Shown piece after piece: positions 38,732-53,169 of a DNA stretch of 64,000 bases. Position 1 is the stretch's first letter. Every line of letters starts with the position of its first letter. The stretch comes from Geosiphon pyriformis uo1 (lineage: Eukaryota; Fungi; Glomeromycota). Position numbers and translations under genes: made by a program. The notes under the pieces are model-generated. The model was not told the origin of the DNA. It worked only from the letters and a program-made list of their open reading frames with translations, and ran no database searches. The stretch is taken from assembly GCA_016748015.1 (NCBI GenBank), contig JAAOMT010000436.1:1634828-1698827 (forward strand). The letters run 5' to 3'.

Positions 38732-41731
38732 GGCCTAAAGATAAAAACCCGTATTATGATTGACTGAAAGAATTCATAATTTACTTTGATTTTTGCTAGT
38801 GGGCTAATAAAGAGATAGAAATGACCCAATATTTGTGGAAAAATCGAAAATCAATTACAGAATTCATATTGTAAATTGTTTCAATACCTATTAGTTAATG
38901 TTGATAGCTATTTGTCGGAAATTTCTGATAGATAAAAAACTTTGTGCCATTAACGATATTTGAAATGAAGCTATTGGGTTAGAAACATTATATTGGTAGC
39001 GAGCCTGTTTTTTGACCTTCATCCTAGGTTTTGCAGGAATGGGTAGACACTTCATTCAGGGCGAATAATAAGTCATACAACCATCCCTGTCTTGATCAGA
39101 ACATGCAGTAAGCGTGCCTCGGCTAGGAGTTTTTCTGAAAGTGGCTCATTTATTTAGTTTTTTACCAACAAAGGCAGTTATATTAGAGGTGCTCTCATCT
39201 CATTTGCATTTTCCTCCGATTCATTGCTCGAAGATGAGAAAGTTCTTCAAAGGTTTTGCAATGTGGAGATATTTGAATGTGCGTTCACCTAAACCAGACA
39301 AAGTGAACATCAAGCAATTGTGGCTTTGGTTATTGAAAAGGCATTATCTTCATCTTTTCGCTGGCTTCCTCCTCAGCACTCAGAATACCATTGCTGTCAT
39401 CCCGGCTGTCACCAAGATAGCTGGAATTAATCATAAAGGAGATATTCACCCTTAATTACTTTTACCTCAGAGCTGGGCATAACATTGGGGCCGTCGATCC
39501 GTTCATCCCCGGTGCCCAGCAAGGAGGATCAACCACACCCCAAGAGGAAGAGTTGCAAACGCGGCGGTGAACATTGATCTTTCTCTCCACCAACCACTTC
39601 CTCCTTTCGCCGCCAATCACACAAGGTACAACCTTGCAAACAAATTCCTTTTAGTTGTGACACCAGAATTGGTCCCCCACGACTCCATTCGAGATGAGTG
39701 AATGTGGTAAGGAAGGAGATTTTGAATTTTTGAATTTTCCGGACTGTTTTATTCCACATGTTCATTTTGTCTGGTTTTGTTGCAGCACGCGCCATATAAA
39801 GTGACTCTCAATTAGAACCATCGCAAATACACATTTAATTTGACGAAAAAACAGTTTAAAATTTTAAAATTGGTATTTTATTAAATAAAATACTTATAGA
39901 ATATTAAAAAAACATAATTTTTTACAATTAATTTTTAAATTTACTATCACATTTTAAAATTGAATAATTCGAATTCTCAATATTATTTTTTTTTTGATAA
40001 AAATATTTCAGAATTAAATGTTTAAAATCCCATTAACAATGAAAATATAATATCAAATTACAAAATATTAAATTATTTCTTTATTCTTAACTTTATATTT
40101 CAGAAATAAAATTCTCTATTGAAAATTTTGCAACAATTTAATTACAATTTTATTTAAAAACGAAAAAAAATAATTGTAATATTAACAGTGCTTGAGAAAA
40201 TCTTGAATTGTTATTATACACATTTATAAATTTTGTTTTAATTTATTCCTTTGTATATCATGTTTGAAGCAAAAGATTCAAAAACATTTTTTTTGTTGCT
40301 GAAAGTATTTGTTTTTTTTTTCAATTTCAATTTATTCATTTTAATTCACTGATTTTTAGGTAACTGCTTAAAAAAATGTAAAACTAAGTAAAGAAAAACT
40401 TTTGAGAATTTGAAGCAATCCATCTGGACAATAATAAACAAAGTACATGCAATTAGTTAAAGAAGCATTTAATTATTCTAGAATTTTAACACATGACTTT
40501 ATTTGAAATATTGTATTTTTTACCTTTAAACTGAATAAGAAATCGAAAAAACTTTTGGCTTTTAATTTATTATAAGTAGTGTTGAATCTTAAATAACCAC
40601 GCTGCAACAAAGTGAATATAACATTAAAAAGAAATTTTGGTTTCAATTCGTCAAACGCCAGGTTTGCTTATTTACCATCCATATTTTATTCCTGCTTTTA
40701 TATACAAAATATCATGATAAACAAATAATCAAAATTAGTAGTTAATTGCTGGATTGGATTTAATTAGACTGTTTTAAATCGCTCAAAAAGTGTAAAAAAA
40801 AAAAACGCTGTAACTTTAATTGCTTCTTTTTATCGAATTATTCATGTTCAAAATCTGCTATGATAATTTTGTACACAACGAATTTAATAGTAATTACTAT
40901 TTTAGAGTAAATACATATTTATTAAATTAGTGTGAAAACAAAAAAAAAAGCTAATACAATATATATATAAACAAAAATTAAAAAGAAAACTTTGACTTTT
41001 AATAAAAGTTTAATTATAATTTTGTAATTTAAATTATTTTTTACATATTAATATGAAGAGCAAAAATTCAAAAATTCAAAAATCATTTGTCATTCATTAC
41101 ACCTTTTGTAAGGAAATATATAAATGGATGCAACTGAATTTTAAGAATTATATTTTTTTTTGAAAATTAAAACTTTAACTTTAATTGCCAATTAATTAAA
41201 AAATTTGAAACTCTAAAAATGCAATCTTTAATTTTAATTTGAGAAATTTTTGTTTGAATGAATTTATCAATTATATTGTTTATGAAATGATTATGAACTT
41301 GTTAATAAATTTTTGTTAAAAAAATAAATCATATGAAATGGTAAAAAAAGAAATTTTGAAAAATATTATACATTTAATTTTATTATTGATATTAATCGAT
41401 TTTATATAAAATCTTCTTTAAATGAGATTAATAGGCAAAGATAAATACTATTTACTATATTTTCAATCAATGTGCGCAAATAATTGATAATGAGCTTCTG
41501 ATTCGGAAATTAGTTTTTCATCACCTTATTCTTCTGAAAGCTTATAACCATCAAGGAGCAGAAGTAGAGGAATTTTTTTGCTCAATTTATACTCATTTCA
41601 AATTTATAGAAATTCAGAAAACTATGGTTAAAGCGTTGAAATATTCATAATAGAATAAATGGATATTTATTTTCAAGGAAATAAGAAAGATTAGATTTAA
41701 TTACGATCTATTTTTGTATTCTCTCAAAGTA

Positions 41732-43204
41732 TCAATTGTTCGTCATTGATGGACCGCAATTGCCCATTTCAATGTTAAAATAAGGACCATTATGAAAAAA
41801 GCTCTCTGAAACTTCGTTTATTGATTGACCAGCATTACACATCTAAAATCAAAGAAAGCCAACTTTTTAATGCATTTTTCAGAGGAATTTCTGAAAGCTC
41901 TTGATAAAACATAATTGATTACTGACCATATTTTCTTCGGAATAAATCCCATTAACCCATAAGTTTCTTTGAGTCTGTGAAAGTAAAGAATTATTGCAAT
42001 CCCAATACACGTTTCGTTCATCAGAACAATCACAATCACCCAATGGCTCAATCCAAATTTCAACACCAGAATGTTTCCATCCCGTTGAAGCTGAAGGAAA
42101 ATGTGGTACATGATCATTTCCATGGGTGAAGCGGAAAATTTTGATTGCGTTGTTTAAAAGAGAACTGAGTTGACGATTTCCAACTCTCGGAGCTCCAAAA
42201 GTAAAAATTTCTTGTGCGATTCCTGTTAAATTAATATCAGGCCAAAATTTACCTATTTCGATTATTTTTCTTTCAAGTGCCCACCTAAATCCAGCTATAT
42301 AAGCATATGCTTTTACATTTAAATAGGTGTTTGATATTAGAAATATGATAGATCTTATTTAGAACCTTAAGAACAGAAAATATTTGGACAACCAACCTCC
42401 ACCAAGAGCATGCCCGACAAAAGCAATTTCGTATGTTTTAGTTGCTTTTGGGAAGCGACTTAAAAAATCATAAATAGTTTCTTTTAAAATAGGAAATAAC
42501 ATTTCCACATCTTCTAATAATTGTGTTTCAACACGAGCTTCTGGGTCAAAACCGGGGTAACCTTCAAAACGAAATTGTACTTGATTTGAATTTCTAGAAG
42601 CCCATTGTTTTTTCGTTAATTTCTAATAGGAAAAAAATAAAAATGATGATCATGAAAAGATTTAAAAGTTTAAAAGTAGTCAGATAATTACTGGGCCTGC
42701 AAACATTATGACTAGAGCGCTATAATCAAGTGAATATGAGTAAAATTCAGCATGTACTAAGAAGAGAATTTTAAGGTTATGTTAAGTCAATTTTTTTAAG
42801 AAAAAATTTTCAACTTTCCTCTAAAATTATGAACCTTTTATTTGTAAACCTGGCACTTTTGAACCAACGTTATTAGAATTGTTGCAGTCAAGAAAATTTA
42901 TTAAATATGCAATATTCGACATAATCACTAAAAGAGGGGCCCGAGATGGAATTTCAATCTTGGTATGTGTTGACGAGCGTTCTTGAATTTGATTGATTTT
43001 TGAATGAATGTTAGCTTCATTTATCCAATTAATAATAATAGGAGAGGTGTAGTTTATTTCCGGGTTTTTATATTTTTGAATTACTTCTGAGCCTATCCAC
43101 CTACTGCTGGGCCTTTCAAGCATAAAAAAATAAAAAATTGATGCCGTAAAAATTGCACCATTAATAATCTTGACTTTCCTAGGAATATTGGATAAAGAAC
43201 CCAT
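41732..43204 (-). CDS. Lipase class 3-like protein, Ser->Ala (copy 7)
   Basis: Five exons (exon 4 from 42309 is open but has no start codon, so it is absent from the ORF track; last exon 41842-41732). FAGP, FVGHALGG|AY, TFGAPRVGN, NDHVP, CDC, FHNGPYF. Confidence 0.86.
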
Positions 43205-43679
43205 TTTTTTGATTTCTTAAGAATAAGCTGTAAATGAATTTATTAAGTCATTTTGATAAGAAATCTTATTTTCTTGTTTAATTGTTTTTTTTAACATCTT
43301 CATTGGACTAAACAAATAAATGTCATCTTTTACCTATTGATGAAATAGATTTTGTGGAAATGTGATGGGATCCTTTTTTTTTTCAAAACATGTTTATCCG
43401 ATCGCCTTCTTGTTATTTTATATTGATATTATATATCTAAAAAATTTTCACACAGAATATTAAATACAATTTCTTTTTCAAGTTAAATGAAGTTTTAAGT
43501 TATATACCTGTTTAATGCAACTTTTTAAAATGAAATAGCTTTCCATTTTCAAATATTGATATGACGAGTTTATTATAAGCTCTTACTTAATCATTCTTAA
43601 TTTTGTTTATGCCAAATTTTTAACCTCAGTCAAGAGGAAATGTAAAATCTTAATTGTTGTAATAATATTGAAATTTTAG

Positions 43680-43740
43680 TTATGAAATTATGAAATGACT
43701 ATGAAATTGTGAAATAACTATGAAATTGTGAAATAACTAT
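43680..43740. repeat. Short minisatellite, ~19-bp unit (TATGAAATTGTGAAATAAC) about 3 copies
   Basis: Read directly. Confidence 0.6.
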
Positions 43741-45986
43741 TTTTCATAATGATATTTTACTCAAATATTTTTAATTCACAATTTGAATTCATAGTTTTTT
43801 TTGTATTTTTTTTAAAGATTAAAATTACTAGAATTGGTTCGTTATTGATCCTTAATTCAGCTTAAAATTTTTTATCAATTTTTTAGGTTTAAAATCCAAA
43901 GAGTTATTGACAAATAATAAGGGTTTAAATAAAATTTTCCTCCCTCCAAGTCTTAATTCAAGATTTAATTAGATATAATCAATATTAGTAAGTATCTTTT
44001 TTAAAGGAGAAAATTTTCGATGAATTAATCGAATTGAATTACCTATTTCATTTGAGATAAGAATAATAAAAATCAGATGCTTTCAAATTAAAGTTTACAG
44101 TTTTTCTTGTCAGTTAAGTATATATATATATATTTTAAACAATATAAATAAAATTAAAAATTTGGAAATACAAAGTAAAAAAACTAAATTGACTATATTT
44201 TTTTTAACATATTAAAAATGATATATATTAATTAAAACTTGTTATATAAAAACCAAGTAAAATATATTGATCTAATTATTTATTTTTGAAAATTATGCAC
44301 AAAATATCATGTCTAATTCGATAATTAGTGCCTTAAAATTCTTTAATTAAAGTCTGTGAAATCTTAGTAAAAATTTAAGAAACAAATAATATATTTATTT
44401 TACGTTAAAATAAAAAGATATAATAGCTCTGTGCCACTTTAATTATAATCAGCAATCATAGTTATGCGTGAAAAACATTGGCACAAACTCATTTGGGTGA
44501 TAACTGCGACCATAAGATTTTTATAAATTTGACGTTTTGTAATAAAATTATAGAATTTAACAAACTGTGAAAATATTAATTATAAGATTGCGAAAATCAC
44601 ATCAAAAAAACGGCAATTTGGGATGAAATGTAAAATTTCCTTGCTTTTCTTTACAAAAACATTGATTAATTTATATTTTGCGAATCAAAGTATTTAATTC
44701 ACTTTGTGTAATTGATTAAATATTATTTTTCAAGTTTTTTATTAAATGTGTTTTCAACTCAAATTTAAATTTTTACATTTATTGTCATAGGTCAGAATAG
44801 TCCATTAATAAATAACAGAAAAAAAGTAAATACAGATAATAAAAATCTGATTAGCAAAAAAAGCAAATTGAACATCAAAACAATTAATTTGATCAATCTT
44901 AAAATCACAGTCACTAGTTTTTCAAAGAAAATTTAAAGTTTGAAAAAAAAACAAATCAAGGAAAAATAAAAAATTTAAATTTACCTTTGGTGTAAAGATA
45001 AAATATTTTAAAATAATTTAATATCAAATAAGCAAGTGAATCCAAATAGATATTTAGATGTTTTTTATAGCTTTAGAAGATTTTGTTAATACAAGTAATA
45101 ACCAAATAAATGATTAAATCAATAATCAGATAATATAGTTAACAATGAAATTATTGATCAGATTAATAATTAAATTAACAACTAATTCTAAAAAAAAGGG
45201 TAACTATGAAACATTGGCAGCTAATGCATAGGCAAGAGAGTTAAACCAAGTATTATGTATAGAAATGTCATAATTTTAACTATAAAAATATAATAATTTA
45301 ATAGCTAAGAGTTGATTTACAATTTAAATTCAAAAATTAACATATATAATTATTGTTTTATAGATTAAAAAACTTGACTTACATAAATGTAATTAGCTAA
45401 AAGCTATTTAATACTTATTTATTATATCTGTAATTTTATTTTTATTCAATTAATATAAAATATAAATATGCATCGTGTATTTTCTGATGAAAATTATTAA
45501 AATTTATGCTAATTTTTGGCTTTAAAAATTATTAAGTAGTAAAATAATTATAATAATATATGATATAAACTGAAACATAAACAAATAAACTTGGTTTGAC
45601 AATATTTACTTGATTTGATTATTTAAAATGTGTTGTTATTTATTAGGTTTGCCATATAACTTGCAGTGTATTTTTTAATATCTTGTTGTCAATTTTATCA
45701 CATAGTTTGTTATCACGTATTTGATTATTTTCATTGTAAACTTTTCGTATTTCTCTTAACTCATAACTGAATAAACAAATGAAAAGAAGATTTATTACGA
45801 TTTAAAAGCTAAAGTTCAAAAATACTACTCTGACAACACCATTAAAAACAATCTAAGAAGATGATAATGATGAATATCAGAATTTTTCCCTTGTTATTGA
45901 TTAGTTTTAGGGCAAATTGTACGGGCACTTTATTATTTGCTGAACATAACGGTATTTCGAGTAATATCGATTTCAATATATTTTTC

Positions 45987-47373
45987 TCAACCGTAATATT
46001 CTTTACAATCACCCATTATAACACCGAAATAAGGGCCATTATGGAAGAGGTCATCTGAAACCTCTGTGATTGATTGTCCTGCATTGCACTCCTAAGAGAA
46101 AACATTTTTAGCATTTATTCGTTAAACTGTCCAAGAAATATATGTAGTTAGAAGTAAAAGCTAACCATATTCGTTTCATATGTTCGTTCCTCTGGATTCG
46201 ATAAATTATTACAATCCCAGTAAAAATAGGAATCTTCGGAACAATCACAATTTTCAGATGGCTGAAGCCAGATTTCAACACCAGAATGTTTCCAATTCAT
46301 AGAATCATCAGGAAAGTGTGGGACGTGATCATTTCCGTAAGTAACACGCAGATGTGTAGTTAATCGATCTATTAATGCACTAAGCTTGTTGTTTCCAATT
46401 TTTGGAGCTCCAAAAGTTAAAATCATTGAACGTATTTTATCAAGACCTATCCCAGGCCAAAGATTTTTTTGCCAAACTCTAGATTGTTCAAATTTCCATA
46501 GAAGGCCAGTGATTAAGGCGTATGCTGTTTTTGAAAAAAATCAAATATTTGTAATTTAAAATTTACTTTTAGACTGAAGAGCAGAAACACAGTATTTATC
46601 AACCTCCACCAATTCCATGTCCGATGAAATAAATTGATTTAATGTTGGAGTGTAGACGCAGATTATTTCGAATATCTTGCATTAAATGGAAAAATATGGA
46701 TTCTATATCCTGCAACAACTGCTGATTAACATGAACAGATTTGTCAGGTAAATCAATTCCATTCGCTCTCAATGTTACTTGTGCTTGATTTATAGAAAAC
46801 CATTGTGCTTTAGTCAATTTCTAAAAAAAATTATCAAATATCTGATTATCTTTACAAAAATTTGAGTTTTAAAACATATTATTTAAAGAAGTTAAAAATA
46901 ATTACTGTTCCGCCTAACAATACACACAATATGTCGTAATTGGGTATCGGTAAAACTTTAGCTGAAGACCGAAAATTTAGGTTAATATAAAGTAAAACTG
47001 ATTTTGCATTCAACTCAATCTATCAAATTTAAATTTTTTTCAAACCAATGGATCCCCCTTTTCGCAAACAATATATAACATTTGCGAAAGGTGTATAGAG
47101 TTCAATATGAGTTAAGATTCCTGTTCGAGGTGTTATTTTTGTTTTGTTATAGAATAATGAGCGCTTAATAACTTGATTGATGTATGAAGTAACTTCTGGT
47201 GAATTCTCCCAAACCGTTGAGGTTATAAAATTATAATTTACATTATGTTTTTGAGAAATATTAAATCTTAAAAGTTCTTTGAAGGCTACTGAACTTTTAA
47301 GTTTCTCTAGAGGAGAAAAGTACAAAGCTGATAATATGAGAATCAAGATTAAGATTTTATTTCTTCTCGACAT
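45987..47373 (-). CDS. Lipase class 3-like protein, Ser-less (copy 8); close paralog of copies 4 and 10
   Basis: Same five-exon structure as copy 4 (last exon 46091-45987). FIGHGIGG|AY, TFGAPKIGN, NDHVP, CDC, FHNGPYF. Confidence 0.86.
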
Positions 47374-48059
47374 ATTCAATTTATTTATATTTGGATTTGA
47401 AGAAAAATTTATTGAGGGCTTGCTTACGCAAATTTATAGAATGAGGCCTATCTTGTATATAATAAAAATTCGATTATACTTTTATCATATTATTTTCAAG
47501 CATCAAATGATTTTAGGCAAATATTTTTCGCAAAAAATACACAAATTTATTATAGTATCAATTTTATTCGTCTATCATCTCTATAAATTCAATTATGGAA
47601 TAGTAAATATTTTGTTTTCTCCCTGTATATTCTTCCGAAAATTAAATTTCTCGCGAGAATATTAAAAAATTATGTCCAATAATAATAAAATCTATAGCGT
47701 CGAAATCACTTTTAATAATTAAAAATATCTTTTAAGAAGATTTAAACTATAATAATTAATTATAAAGATTATTAATATTAAGACCCTTGGAATAATTTTC
47801 GGTATAAGAAAAAATTTAATAACCCATTTCTACTTAGCTACATCAAAAAAAAATTAGTTTATTTTTAACATGTCTTTATAATTTACAATTTTTATTTAAT
47901 TCCGGTACTTATATAAATTATGAAAAATGCGAAATTTCTTTATTCGAAGGCCAATTAATTTTTTTGCGCCTTTAGAACTTAAAGTCTTCTCTTTAAAATC
48001 TACTAATTAAGTTTTTTATTTTATGAAAATATAGTATATAGCTTAATAATTTTTTCCAA

Positions 48060-49570
48060 GTCTTTTCTAAACTCTAAAAATCTTTTACTATCACAAGAAC
48101 CCGATCCTTTGAAATTTAACTCAAATTTAATGATTTTAGCCTCAAATTATCAAAATAACAACTTACCTTCCACTCTTCTAAATCAAGTTATCCTGCGGAA
48201 ACGAAATTACATACAACCAATATTAACAAGTCAACCGGAAAACTCGAAGACAAAGTTTTTAGTTACAAATCAAAACTTATTACAAGAATTTCAACGATTT
48301 GCTTATTATGCCCAGATCGCTTATTGCCTTGGAGAAGAGCATTCATTTGGTGATGGTAGTCAAATATACGGTTGTAATTTTCGTTTTGCTTTTAGAATTT
48401 CTAAAGTTCAAATTTAGCTGAATGCATATTTATTTTTAATTAAGTTCAAATAATAATCTGAAATTTTACTTTATAATTTGCTTTACATGCTAGTTTAGCT
48501 CGAGCTATTCCAGATTCTACCACAAAACAAATTGTGGTTATATTTCGTGGAAATAAAGATCTATCTATGTTACAATGGCATAAAAGAAATAATGGGATGG
48601 TTAGATACGCGAACGTTTTTTTGGAAGGTAAGTGGAATGTATTTATAAGAATATTAAAAATTTTTAGTTTATACTTTATATTGAATTGCTTTAATTTTTA
48701 CTGGAATGAATATATTTCGAACTTATGTTACAAACAAATCTGCCAAATTGTTAATATTTAAGATAAAATTCTTCTTTTTTAAAGAGTTGATTTCTCGTTT
48801 TACTCAAATTTTCAACGTGCAGAAGAAAAACTGTTAAATATGATTTGGGAAGTAGTTGATCAATATCCTTATTATCCTGTTATTCTAACTGGGCACGGAA
48901 TAGGTGGTGGTGAGTAAGTTTATTATCTGTATAATTGAAAAAAATTACGAGATTTAAAATCATTGTCAGAATTTATTCCATTTCAAATTGTAAACTGAAT
49001 CAAGTTTTAAATTTGGTATACGCGACCTTTACGGCGCTCTCATTAAAAAAAGATACTTGGTATCATGACTCAATTGAGCCTTTGATTTTATTTACCTATG
49101 GTCAACCCCGGATCGGAGATCGTCAATTTTCTATTCATGTAGAAAAAGAACTTCGATTCATCTATCGAATCACATATTTAGATGATATTGTATCTCAAAT
49201 GCCTCCGGTTCAACTTGGATTTCGGCATAATCATTGCGAGTATTGGGTCTCGCCAAGTTGTGGATGTACTGAAGAAGATAATCCAGATGTTTATTGTGTT
49301 TAGGGACGAGGAGTCCGGATAAACGTAAAGGTGTAGGGATCTTATCTGAACCCCAGGTATTCTTTATGATAGTTTATATTAAAATCTGAATTAGTCTGAT
49401 AATTTTATTTAAGGGATTCGTCGATAAATTGCATTTGGCTATTTTTATATCTCAAGGAATGTAATGCTGCGTTTCATACGTCAATTCCAAATTTGCGAAT
49501 CATTGGGGCATTTTTTAATCGATTGATGGGCAATGTCCATCGTTATCATCTAATCTCCCAATTGTGAATG
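48060..49570 (+). pseudogene. Lipase class 3-like pseudogene (copy 9)
   Basis: IAYC, IFRGN, LTGHGIGG, TYGQPRIGD, DDIVSQMPP, HNHCEYW and ECNA are recognisable. No signal/anchor exon, acceptor reads GG at ~49015, premature TAG at 49301, last exon frameshifted. Confidence 0.78.
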
Positions 49571-52500
49571 CCGGGTTAGTTAGATTACACTTCAAAGATT
49601 AGAAATTATTGTATTTTCTAGAGTTTATAAAATATAAGGATTTTTCTATTAATAAAAATTTATATTAAAAAATTAAAAAGGCTTATTTAATTTTTCATGG
49701 AAAAAAAGATATTTGAGCTTTTAAAGTTTTAAGCAGAATTTTCTGCTTTTTTTAAAAGATATCTATATATATAAAAACCCCATCAAAGATATTTTCATTA
49801 AGTAGCTTTTATTTTATTTTAAATTTTAACTTAAAAGTTCCTAAAAAACAATTGACCATAATAAAAACACATTTAAAACAAATCGGATATTCGTTTGCGG
49901 TTTAAATATTTAGAATGAAGAATTAAAAAACGGTTACTTTGGCTTTCAATATTAACAGCAAAATGTTGTGCCAGCTGTATTTAAAATATATTTTTAATAA
50001 TGTGAATAAAAAAATTTTCTAATTTTTTATTATAGTTTAAATTTCAATTTTATCAAAAATGTTTAGACTGTTTTAGAAAAAAAGCTATTTTAAAATGTTT
50101 TGATTTATAATATAATGTTAAAAATATAATTATGATAATTCAATTGAAAAATATATTAATAAGAATAATAATTTAATTAAAATAAATTTCAAGTTTGTTT
50201 TCTTAATATAATATTTATTAATAACTTTATTTGATAAATACTGATGCTTAATTTAAATCAAAAAGCAGTATATAATCAATTTTACTTTTTTTTTTTGCAA
50301 TACTAATAAAAAAGTATATTTTTGATTAATATTATACTTATAATTATAGGACTACAAAAAAATCTTTGATTAAAAGTTGCAAAATATTTATTGAATTTGT
50401 ATTAAATTGGGTAAAAAATTATTATAATAAATTATCCAACTGTTGAAATTTTATGCATTTAAAAGTAATATAACAATGCAACAGAATTTAAAACAAATAA
50501 TTTTAATTTTCTCAACTTATAAAATTTATTATTTTTTGATTTTTAAGCGATCTCAAAAGGTTTTATAATTTATGAAATAGAAAACCTTTTCAAAGATTAT
50601 TGATTCAAAAAAGAGGCTTATCTAAGGCCCAACTATCAAAGCAAGTAATCATCAATAAAGAAAAAAAATATACCTAAAAGAAACCCTTGCATTAATATTG
50701 TTTTTATATCATTTTTATATCATATTATTTGACTAGGATCTTAGATTCACAACTTTAAAACAAATAAAAACATTGAGTGAAAAAGTTGAAATTATTCAGC
50801 GGGTCCGACATTAATCAAAGAATCGATGACAAAGTGTTAAAAGGGAATAAATAAACATTCGAAAATTGAGTCAAGATAGGACACAAAAATATTTTATTTT
50901 ATTTTTTTAAACTGTTGAAACTGATAAAAAAAATGAGATAATGAACTATTTCATTTTAGAATTAGAAATTGGGGATTGATATAATTTTGTGGGGTAAAAC
51001 ATATCTCGACACCAGGTATGGAATTTATATTCTCATGATGAACCAATTATTTGTTTGATTTTAATTCCATTTTAATCGATCACTCTTTGTCACAATACCG
51101 GTTCTCCAAAAATATACAGTCATTAAATTTGACACATCGATTATGGATTTCTATTAAAAATTTTACATAAAAAATTCAAGCAGTTAATTTTTTATTATTT
51201 AAAATTACAGAAAAAGTGTCATCCAATATTTTATAATTAAACTTCTCTTGAATCGAAATTTTGATAAAAATTTCAAATCGGCTTTTTTCTAGTTTCTTTA
51301 AATTTTATTTTATTTCTTGACTTGTTTTTTTACACAAATGATAAGAAATGAAATTTTAAAAAAAAATATCAATGAAAATGACAATTTTTATAAAAAAATA
51401 TATAAATAATACTATAAAAAAACAAATCTCAAAGTAATTTTCTCCAAAATTTTTTGATCAACACTGTTAAAATTTGATTTAATAACTTGTTATTATATAA
51501 TATACATTTGTTTTTAAATAAATTTGAATTCTTTATACAATTTTTAAAATTAATAACTTTATTTTATATTTCAAAAATTTGGTTCTATAAATATTATTTA
51601 AATATTTGATTTTCATTTTTACAAAGAGTTTTTTTAAAATACCATGTCTAATGCTATATATATATTCGTCCCAACCAGTAAGAAGTACATTATGATATTA
51701 GCAAAAAAAAAAAAAGAAACTACATTTTAACAGAATTGGGTTATGATTCTCTTTATAAATTTAAATTTTACCGTTTCTTGTTACCTTTATCCGATTTCTC
51801 TAAACTTTTTTCTCAGCGTTCAAACTTCACCAAATAAAGTTTTGTGAAAATATTTATTTTTAATATTGCTTTTTGCTAACTTTTCTTAACCAAAAAAGTT
51901 ATTCATTTACAGTAATTAATCATTGGTTTTGTTCACACAAATCAACGATTTATTCTTGAAAAGGGATGCAAATAAAAATAGGATTTGTGAAAAGTCGCCT
52001 TTCTGCATTACACAAAGAAAATTGAAACTAGTCACGGATATACAAATATGGAATAGTTTTACAATGTAGATCTATTTTTACGGAAATGGTATCCCCACAA
52101 AAATCATAGAGATTATAAGCATTGTGACTATTCAAGTTAAAACCCTGTAATAGTACATCTTTGGGGGGGGGGGGGTAAGTAGGGTAACTTATGATACGAG
52201 TAAAATAATTTTCCCACGCGCACAAAAAGTTATGAAAACATAATAGAGTAGCACTATAGCGCCATTTCATTGAATTGAATTCCGTTGTCAATTCAATATA
52301 ACTGATTGTCTTTTACACTTATTACTAAATTTGAAAATGATTTCCAGTTTGCACCGAGTTTCCATAGACGCCATATTTAGCATTACTATTCTAATAAAGC
52401 ATTTTTTTTGCATAATTTAATCAAATCATATAGCGGTAAATTTCCCTAAACTGGACATCAATTAACAATTACGTCGAGAGATGCAGCGCGTTGTTGAACT

Positions 52501-52820
52501 TACTGAATTTCTCACGATCTCCCATTTATTTAGTAGTAGAAGTTCAGTATTTGTCCTTATTTTGTATAAATAACTCCTCAGGACGTTGAATAAAAAAATG
52601 GTCTTTATGTTCGTTTGAAATTTTATTTCTTGGAACATATTATTTTCATAAAGGAGTTCCGCTTAAACTTTTCTGAATCCGCTACAGAAAGAAAGAAAGA
52701 AAGAAATAAGCGAAATATTTTGTATCTAAAACTCGATTCCAATCATCTAAAAAATCGACACTTTTTGGGAAGGAACAAAATTCTAAACCACGAAATTGAA
52801 GTAAAAATTTTATTGCGAAT

Positions 52821-53169
52821 ATGAATACTTTAGCAACTACAGCTAATTTTTCTTCAAGATTTACTCTTCGAAAAATTGCGTTATGGTAAGTCATGATCTA
52901 CATAAATATTTGAATAAATTTTCAAATTTCAAACTTCTCACTTTTTTTGGTTTCACAGGCTCTCAGTCCCAATCCTAGGTGTAACCGCTTACGCAACTTC
53001 AAAATCTCATTTAGGATTCCGTCTTGATGCACAATACGATAAAGCGGCACCATTAGATTTTACCAGACTAAAAACTCCACAGGATATTGAGCAATTACGT
53101 GTCGAATGGATAAAACGAAATAATGGCTTGGGATTACGTGATGTATCGAGATCTTGTGGTGGAGTCTGA
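52821..53169 (+). CDS. Small 91-aa fungal protein with one hydrophobic segment and C-terminal DVSRSCGGV
   Basis: Exons 52821-52885 and 52959-53169 (GTAAGT...CACAG) give MNTLATTANFSSRFTLRKIALWLSVPILGVTAYATSKSHLGFRLDAQY...GLRDVSRSCGGV*. Confidence 0.75.

Noticed and set aside
45861-46058. Duplicated 65-aa ORF (also at 54706-54903)
   Set aside because: Antisense to the last exon and 3' UTR of lipase copies 8 and 10; its conservation reflects the duplication.
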